Part shown: piece after piece, positions 1 to 17,520 of the stretch | How positions within the stretch are numbered: the stretch's first letter is position 1 | Layout: each line of letters begins with the position of its first letter | NCBI GenBank assembly: GCA_964016885.1 | Contig: OZ024754.1 | Coordinates: 43,958,001-44,022,000, forward strand | Length of the DNA: 64,000 nt | Direction of reading: 5' to 3' | Source: Eledone cirrhosa | Taxonomy: Eukaryota | Position numbers and translations under genes: made by a program | The notes under the pieces: generated by a model | Told to the model about the DNA's origin: nothing | The model's database searches: none | What the model saw: the letters and a program-made list of their open reading frames with translations, nothing else

Positions 1-543
1 ATAATTAGTGCTGTGGATTAACAGTATTCAATCCTACAACTTTGAAACTCTGAGCCTGAGCTTTATTTATGGTCATAGCAAAACTGTCTCTAAAAGGGAA
101 CTGAAGTCTTGAGAATTTGAATGGCAGTTAGGTAGAGGAAGGGATTATAATTTATTAGTATTTATTGAAATATAAGGAAATTAAGTTATCTAACTTTGAA
201 AGTTGTTTTTCTTTATTTTGAATAATTTATATTGTGTGTCTTAAAATATAAATATACAAACATACATATAAATACACAAACATATAAATATACAAACATA
301 CATATAGATATACATACATATAAATATACAAACATACATATAAATATACAAACATACATATAGATATACATACATATAAATATACAAACATACATATAGA
401 TATACATACATACAAATATACAAACATACATATAGACATACATACATGGTATACCATGGAAAGCCATTAACTAACGTAATTACTAACCCTTTTATCCACT
501 CAATCAATTATTGATCTGACAGTCCTAACTCTTTTATCTGCAG

Positions 544-3500
544 CTTCCAAAGTTACTGCATCATCAATTGGAAATCCACCAGTAAGTATTGCTATACAAT
601 GTATCTCGTTATATTTGGGGAGGGTCATATTGTTATAAAATGGCAGAAATATATATTAAAACACACTCACCATTTCTGGCAATATTATAACAACATGGAC
701 CTCCTCAAATATAACAATATTTGTTTCAACACACAATTTCATATCAAAAACCTTGCAAAACAAATTCATCGCCGTCACAATAATGTATCTTATTTCCTTT
801 TGATAGAATGTTTTACAGTAATTGTTCCAGTCTTTGCACTCTAAGTTTAAATCTCACCAAGGTCAACTTTGCCTTTAATCCTTTCGAGGTTAATAAAAAA
901 ATGTTTAAGTATTGATATACATGATAAACTCTCTCATTTTCTTTTGATGGGTCTTACACTTCTAATATAACTCTTAACTGCATTGCCTTTATATGACAAT
1001 GGCTGTATGTAGTCTTATTTTCTGTCTACTCCTTTATTTATTTATATTCATACATACACACGGTGGTGAATTGACAGTCATGAGAACATTCAATAGAATT
1101 CATTACAATATTCATACTGGTTCTCTGCATTCTGAATTCAAATCTTGGCAAGGTTAACTTTGTCTTTATATCTTTTCGAGGATGATAAAAAACAGTACCA
1201 GCTCAGTACTGAGATTGAGGTTTTCTCTATATCTTCTTTTTTGTACTTCCTCTCTCATACTTTCTTTCTCCTTTGTTGGAAGAAATCGACTGTGTTCAGA
1301 CCTGGAGATGGTATCTCTGCCATACTTAACCCTTTAGCATTTAAACCGGCCATATCTGGCCATAATTCTCTCACCTCTTTCTGTTCAAACCGACCATAAC
1401 CAGCCACTCATACTTTGCCATGGATAAAGCTGAGGCTGTATATATTTTAACTGTCCATTGATATTTCCCCAAACTGTCTTCATTTCAGGTACACACACGA
1501 AAAGTTGATGGTCTTGACTTACCTTACTTTCAAGTAAATATAACAGACGGAACCGTTTGTGATTTGACTGGAGGATCAAGACAAGCTGCCATTCTGTATG
1601 TCTGTCAACCAGAAGGCCGAGGAGAAATCTTTGAAATGAAAGAAGTATCTACATGTGAATATGAGATTATTGTACTTACATCAGTTCTCTGCAGCCACCC
1701 AGATTTTAAGTAAGTCTCTTATTTCTCAACCCAAACTATTTGTAAGTCTAGGTCAGTGATTCCCAGCATGGAGCACACATCCCACAGGGAAAACAATTTG
1801 AATATTTAAGGGAGCTATTTGAAAATGATGTTAATGAGAACAAATCTCAGGTTTTACTTTATTACTTTTACACCAAGGCAACTTTGGTACACATTACTGT
1901 CAGAAACCCGTCTTATCTCCTCCACATGTTATTGTATATCTGGCACCACCTATATGGTACACATTACTGTCAGAAATTCCTGTCTCACCTCCTCATATGT
2001 TATTGTATATCTGGCACCACCTATATGGTACACATTACTGTCAGAAATTCCTGTCTCACCTCCTCATATGTTATTGTGTATCTGGCACCACCTATATGGT
2101 ACACATTACTGTCAGAAATTCCTGTCTCACCTCCTCATATGTTATTGTGTATCTGGCACCACCTATATGGTACACATTACTGTCAGAAATTCCTGTCTCA
2201 CCTCCTCATATGTTATTGTGTATCTGGCACCACCTATATGGTACACATTACTGTCAGAAATTCCTGTCTCACCTCCTCATATGTTATTGTGTATCTGGCA
2301 CCACCTATATGGTACACATTACTGTCAGAAATTCCTGTCTCACCTCCTCCATATGTTATTGTATATCTGGAGGGTTAAAGACATAGACAGTGTCTTTCAG
2401 TAGAAATATGGTAATGAAAGGGTTAAAGACATAGACAGTGTCTTTTATTAGAAATATGGTAATGAAAGAGTTAAATCTCTGGTTCATTCATAATACCTTA
2501 TCATGTTCATTATCTGGTTCTTTCTCTCTTGTTAGCAATTTTCAGAACTATAATGCTATATATCTGTTATTTAATTCTAGACCCAAGAATCCTCATATTG
2601 GCAAGATAGATTGCCATTCCATGGAAGGTGCTCCAGTACGGCCCCTTAATATGGATCGGTTGACTGAAGAAAACCGATACGGTCTTCCTTTTGAAGATGA
2701 AGCTCATGTAAGCCATTAACTTTTTTATTCGTAATTTCTTGTACTTTCATGTTCATAGTATTATCTTTAACTCATTTGTCTGCAACAACTAACTTTAACC
2801 CTTTACCATTTACATTGCTCTATATTTACTATTGTATTATAATTATCTTACATTATATCGAATCTACGAGATTTTGATGTTATCTATTTTTTTGAGAACA
2901 ATACCTTAACATCAGTATGAGCGACCAGTTACAGCTGGTTTGAACAGAAAAGGGGGAGAGAATTTTGCCAGATACAGTTAATTGTATTGAATAATTTTTG
3001 ATATTTTGTTTGTTCAGGTATTTGACAAGTCAAGCCTCTATAAGATAAATTTACATGAGAAAAGGAAGTACACACAGAAAACTGAAGTTTATGAAAATCA
3101 GAAAGCAAAGATAGCAACATCAACAGGAAACAATGGAATCGGACTAGCTACAGATGAGCAGACTATCAGAGATTTTCTCAGTGGAACTGATTGTTTAAAA
3201 GGAGTAAGACATTTAACTCTCTTTTCTTCCTTTCATTTTAATCCTGTAACTCCTGATAGAGTCATAGGGGTGTCGTATTGTCATACAGTTTCTTGGCCAT
3301 TTTAAGCCTGGTGGAGCCCATCGCTCTCCAGGCCTTAGTACAGCAGATTTCTGCCAGAGAAAGGTAGAAAGTGAGAGAGAGGAAATGAGAAAGAGATATA
3401 GAGGAAGAATCAATCCCAGTACTAGACTGGTACTTTTTTTATTGACCTCGAAAGGATGAAAGGCAAAGTTGACCTCTGCAGGATTTGAACTCAGAGAGCA

Positions 3501-6500
3501 GAGTGCCGGAACAAATACCATAAAGTATTCTATCTGACGTTCTAACGACTCTGACAATTCACCACCTACAACTCTCTTCTACAGGGCTTCTATTCCCACA
3601 GCTCTCATCTTTCCAAACTTCCTTTGATCAGGAATAAATAAGATTTAGAAGAAACATATCAGATTAACTGATAAGTTCCGCCTGACTGAAGATATTTTAT
3701 CTCTGATTAGTTATAGTGAGGTGTCTTCTCATATCATTAGTTTGTTTTAACCCTTGTTTTAATCCGTTTGTTTAACCCTTTACCATTTACATGACTATAT
3801 ATATTATATTTTCATGGTAAAGGCTTTATCTTACATAACTACCTCACATAATATCAAATCTATGAGATTTTGATATTATTTATGTTGAGAACAATACCTT
3901 AACATCTGTATGAGTAGCTGATTACAGCCAGTTTGAACAGAAAGGGGAGGTGAGAGAATTCTGGCCAGATACAGCCGGTTTAAATGCTAAAGGGTTTTTA
4001 TATTGATTATCTTCTTCTCCTCCTTGCTCCCTCTCTCCCCACTCTCTGGTTACCTGCTGGTTATCAGTTTAAAAATCTTTAAATGATTTATCATACTACA
4101 CCTCACTCATCTTATAATGTCCTCTTTATTCTTCAGGGTGCCGGATGGTGGAAACATGAGTTCTGTTATGGTAAATATGTTCGGCAATATCATGATGTAA
4201 GTTTCTTTTCTCTCATTTTATTTTCTTTCATGTTTGTTTCTTCATTTCCATCTACTTTTTATTCTACTTTTGCTCTGTCTGATATTATTATTTCTTTTGG
4301 TGTCACAATAAATTACACCCAGTCCACATTGTAATGTGGTAATGTTGGTGTCACAATAAAATACACCTAGCCCACATTGTAAAGTGGTAGTGTTGGTGTC
4401 ACAATAAATTACACCCAGTCCACATTGTAATGTGGTAATGTTGGTGTCACAATAAAATACACCTAGCCCACATTGTAAAGTGGTAGTGTTGGTGTCACGA
4501 TAAAATACACCTAGCCCACACTGTCAAGTGGTAGTGTTGGTGTCACGATAAAATACACTCAGCCCACATTGTAAAGTGGTAGTGTTGGTGTCACGATAAA
4601 ATACATTCAGCCCACACTGTCAAGTGGTAGTGTTGGTGTCACAATAAAATACACCTAGCCTACACTGTCAAGTGGTAGTGTTGGTGTCACGATAAAATAC
4701 ACCTAGCCCACACTGTCAAGTGGTAGTGTTGGTGTCACGATAAAATACACTCAGCCCACACTGTCAAGTGGTAGTGTTGGTGTCACGATAAAATACACCT
4801 AGCCCACACTGTCAAGTGGTAGTGTTGGTGTCACGATAAAATACACTCAGCCCACACTGTCAAGTGGTAGTGTTGGTGTCACGATAAAATACACTCAGCC
4901 CACACTGTCAAGTGGTAGTGTTGGTGTCACGATAAAATACACTCAACCCACACTGTCAAGTGGTAGTGTTGGTGTCACGATAAAATACACTCAGCCCACA
5001 CTGTAAAGTGGTAGAACTGGTACCACAAAAAAAGGAACCTGGTACACACCATGAAGTGGTTGGTATTAAGAAGGGCCTCCAGTTGTAGAACCCATGCCAG
5101 AATGTAATGTATGATCAAGTCACAGTCATCTGACTTGTCAATTTAACCTCAGAGCAGGACAATATGTCTAACCTATGCTAGCAAGAAAAATAGATGTAAA
5201 ATAGAGATGGTATTATTGATTTTGCTTCTATCTTCTTTCTCTCTTTCCCTTTCTTCTAAGTTTTTCAATATGAAATCCTCAATATTATAGGGTAATGATG
5301 GACGTACAGTTATAATTCTTGGTCACTGGAAACTTGACAAGCATCTAGAATGGTTGCATGCTAATCCTCTGAAGAAACCAAAGCCAATAGGAAAAAGAAG
5401 GTGAGACTTTGGTTACTCTCAGGCCTCCAATAATAATCCCCCCTGCCACCCACTTATTCTATTTTCAGATCCCCACCCTACCACACCCGGTTCTTATTCC
5501 ACCCTTCCCCCTGCTTATTAGATTTTTGCTAATCTATCTCTGGTGAAATTTCATTTTAAGTCGTAGAATTCCTGCAACAGTTAATTTTCTTTATACATGA
5601 CAAAAAAGTACATTTCTAGAAATCTCATGTTATAAAATAAATCGGATGGGTTGGGCCCTCAATATGTAAACTAAACGACTAATTCTGGTTTTTAAAAAAT
5701 CCCTTTACTCTACTCTATATCTATAATAGTATCTCTCTACTCTCTACTTACAATAGTATCTCTCTACTCTCTACTCTATATCTACAATAGTAACTCTCTA
5801 CTCTATATCTACAATAGTATCTCTCTACTCTATATCTACAATAGTATCTCTCTACTCTATATCTTCAGGAGTATCTCTCTGCTCTACACTGATGGAGACT
5901 TCTGTGAAGCCAATGGAAAGAAAAGAATTGTTGAAGTTAAACTAAAGTAAGTTATTTATCAATATTTAAACAACAAAATCTATCCAACCCATGCCAACAT
6001 GGAAGGACAGACACAGCCCCATAATACACTGTCTTTAAGGCCACCCAACACTGAAGGACAGACACCCCACCACCACTCAAAATGGAAGAACACTGAGTCA
6101 GTATTTTATATATTGACCTCATAAGAGAGAAGGCTAAACCAACAGAACATTAACCCTTTAACATTTAAACCGGCCATATCCGGCTAAAATTCTCTCACCA
6201 CTTTCTGTTCAAACTGGTTGTAACTGGCCACTTAAACCGATGTTAAGGTGTTGTTCTCACAATAAATAATATCAAAATATCATAGCTTCGATATTATGTA
6301 AGGTAAAGCCTTTACCATGAAAATACAATAGTATATATAGAGTAATGTAAATGTTATGTGAGGTAAAGCCTTTACCGTGAAAATACAATAGTATATATAA
6401 AGTAATGTAAATGTTATGTGAGGTAAAGCCTTTGCCGTGAAAATACAATAGTATATATAGAATAATGGAAATGCTATAGGGTTAATAAGAGAAAAGCAGC

Positions 6501-8095
6501 AATGATTTTCCTTCAGTATATTTCAGATGTTTTTTAGTTTTTTCAGTCTTCATGTAAACCACAACATTAACTGCAACAAAACCTCTCTACATGTTTCTTC
6601 TTTACTTAGGTGCATTGAAGATTTAAACAGATCTCATTCTTTTGCTTTATACATCATGGAACCTAAAACTTGTGAATACATTTTAGGGGTAAGTAAACTT
6701 TTGTTCCTCTGTTGTTTCTTTATAAAGAAAGCTCCTGGAGTTGGGAGAATTTTGCAACTGTTGTTGTTGTTTAGGTGTGGGTACGTGATGTTGTTTAGTT
6801 GTGGGCAATGTTGTTGTGCATGGGTAAATGTTGTCCACTCTGTCACTCTGGCCAGCTATTGTCTCAAAGACCAGAGACGTGGCCTGTCCACTTTGTTGTC
6901 TCTAAGACCAGAGATGTGGTCAGTCCATGTTTATCAAAAGCCATCAAATTAATTAGAAGTGTAATCTGTTTATTTAAAACAAACCTGTTATTTCCTGAAG
7001 ACAACAGCTGCTGTCAGTAAATCTGCTGTTATTGGTGTTGGTGGTGGTGTTGGTGTTGGTGATATTGGTGCTGCAGTTGGTGTTGGTGTTAGTAATGGTG
7101 GTGTTGGTGGTACTGCTGCTGTTATTGCTGGCAGTAAATCTGTTGTATTATTTTTACAGTTGTTGTTGCTGATTAGTTTCTAGGTCAGCCCAGATCCAAC
7201 CATCAAAACATTTACAAACTAGTAAAGTTATATAATTTCCTCAATATAATACAACACCTGTAATATAACACCTGCAATACACCATTAAACACTAATTTAG
7301 AACAGTCTCACTATTCTGAAGTCTTTAACATTTACATTATATACACTATTGTATTTTCATGGTAAAGGCTTTATCTCACATAATATTGAAGCTATGAGCT
7401 CTTGATATTTATTTTGAGAACAATACCTTAACATCAGTATGAGTGGCCGGTTATGATCGGTTTGAACAGAAAGAGGTGAAGGAATTATGGCCGGTTTAAA
7501 TGTTAAACAGTTACTAGTTTTTATTGTTTAGCCCTGATCAATGGTGTTTAAGATATAGAGTATCTAGGACTACATCACTCATCGTGTCATCTTCATTTTA
7601 AGATGGTATGATGTGATTTGAGGGTCATTTGACTGCTGTTTCTAGCTGGTTGAATAGCTGTATAAAGACTTTCTAGATGGTTTGTTTTCTATCAGTCAGT
7701 TATAAGAGGAATTATACCCTTTCTCCATATGTTTCATTTCAACATCTGTTTTGAACCTCATCAGATGAACTGTACCTGTAATTCAAAGGGGGCCAGCCTT
7801 GTCATAAACTGTGTAATGCTGAATCTCCCTGAGAAAGAATTCCCGAGAGGAACAAGAAGGGGAAGAAATGAGGGATCATATGCTGTTTTACAGTTACTTC
7901 TGGGTTCAAGATTCCTACAATTCTACATAAATGAAGTAAATAAATAAATAACAGAAGTGAAGATAACCATGGCAACCAAATGTGATAAAACATTCTACAT
8001 TATTTTATTTTATTTTTCAGATTGAATCTACTATGTTTTGCTCTTTATTAGACAAAGCTGATAAATATGGAGTGATGCCTGTATCGGGGGAATGA
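544..8095 (+). CDS. ERLEC1: Endoplasmic reticulum lectin 1 (XTP3-B/erlectin), 3' part; 5' exons lie outside the window
   Basis: Exons with AG/GT ends and consistent phases: 544-581 (least certain), 1489-1709 (..DGTVCDLTGGSRQAAILYVC..EVSTCEYEIIVLTSVLCSHPDF), 2581-2707, 3018-3203 (..DEQTIRDFLSGTDCLKG), 4137-4196 (GAGWWKHEFCYGKYVRQYHD), 5291-5400, 5869-5946 (YTDGDFCEANGKKRIVEVKL), 6610-6688 (CIEDLNRSHSFALYIMEPKTCEYILG), 8021-8095 (IESTMFCSLLDKADKYGVMPVSGE*). End of MRH domain 1 plus complete MRH domain 2, recognised by motif. Confidence 0.92.
1884..2368. repeat. 71-bp minisatellite, ~6.8 copies (ERLEC1 intron)
   Basis: Unit TGGTACACATTACTGTCAGAAATTCCTGTCTCACCTCCTCATATGTTATTGTGTATCTGGCACCACCTATA. 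Confidence 0.95.
4297..5015. repeat. 48-bp SINE-derived minisatellite, ~15 copies
   Basis: Unit GTGGTAGTGTTGGTGTCACGATAAAATACACCTAGCCCACACTGTCAA, running into a SINE body (AAGAAGGGCCTCCAGTTGTAGAA). Related array at 55340-55860. Confidence 0.92.
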
Positions 8096-8239
8096 ACCTC
8101 TATCAATACTACTGCAAACTAAAATATTTTTATACATTAAAAAAAAATCTATAAAACTCTGTATTGTTTCATTTTATTTTCATTTTCTAGAAATAAAATA
8201 ATATTATAATGTGTGTGTGTGTGTGACAGCTCACACCTA

Positions 8240-8465
8240 TGTAGGTTTAGCTGGCCTCCTCCAAGGTATATCTCGGAGGTGTCTTGGGTGATTTAATGAT
8301 AGGGACCCCAGTCCTATCATCTCATTTCTACAGCTGAGTAAACTGGAGCAACGTGAAATAAAGTGTCTTGCTCAAGGAAACAACACATCACCCGGTCCGA
8401 AAATTGAGCTTACAACCTTTCGATTGCAAGCCCAATGCTCTAACCACTAAGCCATGAGCCTTCAC
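8240..8465 (-). mobile_element. Second tRNA-derived SINE family
   Basis: Minus strand GGCTTAGTGGTTAGAGCATTGG.. head, then CCTTGAGCAAGACACTTTATTTCACGTTGCTCCAG. Related copies at 10230-10620. Confidence 0.65.
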
Positions 8466-9526
8466 ATATAGATAACGAAAAAAGGGTGAAGGGGTAAAGA
8501 AGGGCAGATCTGGCTGTATAGGAAAGTAAAAGAAAGCACTATAAATGCCATAGAAATGTTTCCAAGTTCTATTTTCTCCCATTTCTCTGTAAATATGATG
8601 ATTTCTAACAGCCAAACACTGGCACTAGAAGCTGATGAATGTAGAAATGAGTGGAATAAGGAGAGAATCTGTGCTGAGATATAGAAATGTAGGATATAGT
8701 GTGTTGAAAGTGTGGGGGGGAGAGGCAGTTATATAATAAAACACAGCTCTATAAAAATGTTTAATAAGTGGTAGTAGGTCTGAGCTGACCTGAATTACTT
8801 ATGCGTAAATACTGGCCTTCAAGGAATTAAACCATGCTTAAGGACATAAATGCCTATGGTCTAAAATTAGAATTATATGTAGAAACATGCACACACTCAC
8901 ATGTGTATGTATACATATATGTATATATATATATATATACACTTTATAAACAATCATGTTTAGAATGAAAACAAATTTTCTATATATATATATATATATA
9001 CATATATATACATACACACACACATATATATCCTGTAAAGTGGAAATGATGGCAACATGACAAAAGCACTCAGCCCAACCTGTAAAGTGGTTATGTTGAA
9101 GACACAACAAAAAGCACCCTGTCCACACGATAAAGTAGTCGTTTTGGTGACTCAATAAAAGTGCTCAGTTCACTCCGTAAAGTGATTGTTTTAGTGAAAT
9201 GACAAAAGACACCCAGTCTACACTGTAAAGTGGTTGTCATTCCAGCTGTAGAAACCAAGCCAGAAATCGTTTGGTGTGAGCAAGATACAGTCATCTTTTC
9301 TGATTTATCTCACAACAGGGAACCTTGTCAAACCCATGCTAGCATGGAAAATGGACATTAAACTGTGATGATGACAATATAACAGAAATAATTTGACTAA
9401 AAAACATTTTTTTAAAAAGCCAATCCTAAATCTTGTGATTAAAATCTATGACAGTATAAATAATTTTAGAAAATAAAATGTCAAAAAGATACAAAGCAGA
9501 ACATATTTATTTCAAATAGAGAGCAG

Positions 9527-13632
<4,106 letters not shown>

Positions 13633-13952
13633 TCACAAATAACAAAAGTAGCGACTGTTTAGTGATATGAAGGGAAGTAATTCGCGATGTACTATTAAAA
13701 TATCTTTGTTGTCGACGTGTATTACAATTGGTGTTGCAATAACTACTTTTCCTGTCTACTTCGACTGTTGCTATGACAAGCCACCAGACAGAATAACTTT
13801 TTTCCTGCTGCTAGCCAGTTGTGTGTCGATGGTGGTGAGTAGGGATATGCAGTTATATAAAGAAACTAGAAGGCAAATATCTGTCAACGACACCAGTTCT
13901 AGCAGACATAATAAAAACAAATACTACTATACGGATTATGTTATACAAAACG

Positions 13953-14017
<65 letters not shown>

Positions 14018-14143
14018 GTAGGAGGTGAGTTTTATTGTAGTACAATAAAGCAATGCAGATATCGGATAAGAAGCACTCTACAGCTTGTAGGACTGGAGTA
14101 TACATAATATATAAGATCAAAAGATGGTTAAAGGAGTTCCATG

Positions 14144-14214
14144 TATTTTATTATGCGCATTTCAAAAACAAACATCATCATGCAATAATATTTGTGTTTT
14201 CATCAGATAAAACA
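14144..14214 (-). ncRNA. Type I hammerhead ribozyme motif, mirror copy of 14402-14472
   Basis: Exact reverse complement of the + strand motif, in the left arm of a ~178-bp inverted repeat. Confidence 0.78.
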
Positions 14215-14401
14215 GGAGGACATGATATGAAGGCTAAAAAACACTTGTGGATAGTGCAGTTTTAAATCAGCATATGAGAAGTAATTTTAGATTGATGTGT
14301 GATATTGGGAAAAATATTTTATTTAGAGAGATTACTTCTCATATGGTGATTTAAAACTGCACTATCCACAAGTGTTTTTTAGCCTTCATATCATGTCCTC
14401 C

Positions 14402-14472
14402 TGTTTTATCTGATGAAAACACAAATATTATTGCATGATGATGTTTGTTTTTGAAATGCGCATAATAAAATA
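14402..14472 (+). ncRNA. Type I hammerhead ribozyme motif (apparently intact)
   Basis: Stem I TTTTAT/ATAAAA; core CTGATGA 14410-14416; long stem II (ACAAATATTATT-gcat-GATGATGTTTGT); GAAA 14453-14456; palindromic stem III ATGCGCAT; predicted cleavage after AUA at 14464. Confidence 0.8.
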
Positions 14473-14500
14473 CATGGAACTCCTTTAACCGTCTTTTGAT

Positions 14501-14745
<245 letters not shown>

Positions 14746-14787
14746 AATATTAACAAAATAGATATTCTTGTGATCAATTATGTTTTA

Positions 14788-14976
14788 TTATTGTGGATTG
14801 GCAGTATCGGTAGAGGGTCGGACGCCATGCTTTGACGCATAGAGTTACGGCCCTTTCCATTCTGAGTTCAAATCCCGCCGAGGTTAACTTTGCCTTTCAT
14901 CCTTACGTGGTCGATAAAATAAAGTACCAGTAATGCACTGGGTAATTACTGGCCTTGTGCCAAAGGTAGAAACAAT
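14788..14976 (+). mobile_element. tRNA-derived SINE with Meta-like central domain (abundant family)
   Basis: A-box TGGCAGTATCGGTAGAG, B-box GAGTTCAAATCC, core GCCTTTCATCCTTAC..GGTCGATAAAATAAAGTACCAGT. More copies at ~20637-20850, 21535-21655, 32880-33180, 38425-38618, 43455-43640, 45980-46212, 49440-50020 (-), 62165-62360, 62690-63130. Confidence 0.85.
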
Positions 14977-15140
14977 TATACATATTTCAGAAGTACTGAA
15001 TTAAGTTCAACAGTACGTCCTCATCAGATAAAATAAAATGATACATGACATACCCTGACATAGTAGATGGTTACGATTTAATCAAGGTATTTGATTAAAT
15101 CTTAACCATCTACCATGTCAGGGTATGTCATGTGTCATTT

Positions 15141-15205
15141 TATTTTATCTGATGAGGACGTACTGTTGAACTTAATTCAGTACTTCTGAAATATGTATAA
15201 AATAT
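15141..15205 (+). ncRNA. Type I hammerhead-like motif with weak stem I
   Basis: CTGATGA 15149-15155; stem II GGACGTACTG/CAGTACTTCT; GAAA 15188-15191; near-palindromic stem III ATATGTAT; AUA triplet. Mirror copy on - strand at about 14978-15035. Confidence 0.6.
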
Positions 15206-15342
15206 AATTGATCACAAAAATATCTATTTTGTTAATATTTTTAATTAATATTAATAACTCTGGAAAACATTTTACTGTAGAGTGCTTCCAATCTATTGTA
15301 AAACTCATTCTTTGATGTATTCATTGAATCTTGTTTAACTCT

Positions 15343-15409
<67 letters not shown>

Positions 15410-15559
15410 CTCAAGTATGGTCATTTGGTACCCGGTAATAGCCATTAGACTCATACCAAGGTAGAGCTGATCTCTTCTGAGTATCGAACATCACTTGGTA
15501 TCGATACCTCCCAGATGGGTATCAATACGAGAAGCGATGGTTAAACTTGAGCGGGTGGT

Positions 15560-15935
15560 TGGTCCACCCCTTCTCCAACTAGGACTAAAAAATGTTGACT
15601 GAGGGTGGGTCAACTGTTTCTTGTTTGAGGTAGTTCCAGTGGTTGATCGCACGTGCAGAAGTGGTCCCTAGGACTTGGTTGGTGTTTCACCTGGAGCTTC
15701 CGGAGGTGTCCTCGGGTAGTCCTGCTGAGTACCTCTCTCGACAGTGCATTGCCCCAGATGGGACACCCTCTAGTATATTGTACTTTGTTGAACTCTTTTA
15801 GTATTTTAAAAGCTTCTATGATGCCCGCCCTCTGCTTCCTATACTCCAGGGTCGGGGAGTCCCAAAGCCTGAAGACGTTCAGTGTAGCATAGTGAAGAAA
15901 GCCCCTAGACGAGGTGTGTCGCTCTTCGCCCCACA
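15560..15935 (-). mobile_element. CR1-clade LINE 3' fragment
   Basis: Translation TLEYRKQRAGIIEAFKILK..TTRGHLRKL..RDHF resembles the CR1 ORF2 C-terminus (LExRRxRGDLI..YKI..TRGH..KL). Confidence 0.7.
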
Positions 15936-16811
15936 TTTTCAATAATGTCCTCGTCTGATATAACGGAGGCATTATGTAATACAAAATTAAGACTACTTGA
16001 CGGGTTATGTTATCCAACGCTCAGCAACAGAAATATTAACTCAGTGTGGTGCTTGGCTTCTAAGAAGAGTTTGATTGAAGGGAGTTGCCTGGGATTACTA
16101 AAAGATAATAATAGGAAATCTAACCAGGAAGGAACGTATTTGTTGTTACAGGTCAGTCACCACCAGGCTTTGTGTTGTCAAGGCTGGGGAGGCAGTAATA
16201 AGGGTGGGGCGAGGGGGATACATGCTGATTGTAATTAAACCTCACAAAGGATATGACCCAGTGTCGAGATCTCTGGCGACATGCTCTACTGCAGAAGACC
16301 CACCTTCCCATGTGCTCAAAATAAAATTAGATACACAGGTAGATGATATGCTAGTCTTCACCAATCCTCTCTCCAATCACTCTCTCCTGTCTTCATATCC
16401 CACTCTCACCTGCTAAATATCCCACACACCTTGTCTATGTCAAACTTGCTGAGATGCAATCCCTTCAAGCCCCCCGCCTCTCTCCCTGATACACATTGGT
16501 TGCCCAACTCACGCATAGAAGCACAAAAGTTGAACACGCTCGAGATCAGATCTCTCACAATGCTGTTACTGCGACAAACAACAGTAAAATTACACCTGTG
16601 TGCTGATCTGGTGTCAGAACAAAGTCACACAGTCCACACAGTAAGGTGGTCGTGCTCGTGACATGACAAAAAGCAGCACCAGGTCCACACGACAAAAAGC
16701 GTCCTATTCAACCTGTATGGTGGTCGTTTCAGTGCCACGATAAAAAAAAAAAAAACAGTCTACCTTGTAACGTGGAAAATAGACATTAAACGACGACGAT
16801 GATGATGATGA

Positions 16812-16870
<59 letters not shown>

Positions 16871-16871
<1 letters not shown>

Positions 16872-17068
16872 CGAAGGAAATGTGGTAAGGAACCAGGTGG
16901 ACCATAACGCACCAAAGTACTCAATACTTAGGGTAGTAGAGTGGGTAATAGGAACGAATAGGACTCCGACGGCTGAGCTCAAGCCGTTTCGACGGCTAAT
17001 TCTGGACTAATTAGTCCAGAATTAGCCGTCGAAGCGGCTTGAGCTCAGCCGTCGGGGTCCTACTCGTT
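16871..17068 (-). mobile_element. Palindromic element with half-hammerhead (GAAAC..GUC); same family as 23590-23760
   Basis: ~100-bp near-perfect palindrome 16960-17060 centred on CTAATTAG. Tail 16880-16958 is the reverse complement of 23665-23750. Flanked by (TA)n/(TC)n. Confidence 0.6.
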
Positions 17069-17269
17069 CCTCTCTCTCTCTCTATATATATATATATATT
17101 TTATATATATATTACAAATAAAAAGAGAAAAACACACGAGTAGGTAATACACACATCTAGGACCACATACAACAAAAGGCAGGCGAAAGGAGTGGCCAAA
17201 CGTGCCGCTGCCAGAACAAAAGATAACAATATTGCGAGGAGCACTGGAAAACCTCTCTAATGATTTTTT

Positions 17270-17520
17270 AAGCAAGCCAACACATTCGCAGCGTTACTTC
17301 GGGTGATGGCGAGGCTGATGCGTTGGAACAGTCAAGCGCCTTTACGAGCATCACAAGTTACTTCGGTTAGGCGAGCCGCCAGTGATGACAAGAACCACGC
17401 AGTTAGCGGCCCGACTCCCCCAAACGTTGCGAACACCACAGGCTGTATTGGTCAAGAAAGCCCCGCTAATGTTGGACAGTGCTTAAGGCATCAGTTAGAC
17501 CTAACTTTGTCCTGATTGTA
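17270..17520 (-). mobile_element. RLE-type (CRE-like) non-LTR retrotransposon C-terminal fragment
   Basis: QPVVFATFGGVGPLTAWFLSSLAARLTEVTCDARKGA*LFQRISLAITRSNAANVLAC. Relatives at 20995-21520 (-, with an internal ~60-bp tandem amplification) and 24485-24570 (+, GWLLQRVSLAIVLGN). Confidence 0.7.

Noticed and set aside
3655-3715. CTGATAA..GAAGA possible hammerhead
   Set aside because: Core positions and stems do not fit.
8021-8095. ERLEC1 lacks a KDEL/HDEL retrieval signal
   Set aside because: Vertebrate ERLEC1 also lacks one, so this is not unusual.
14796-14880. Possible tRNA genes at A/B-box sites
   Set aside because: No cloverleaf; each continues into a SINE core and tail and is multicopy and diverged.
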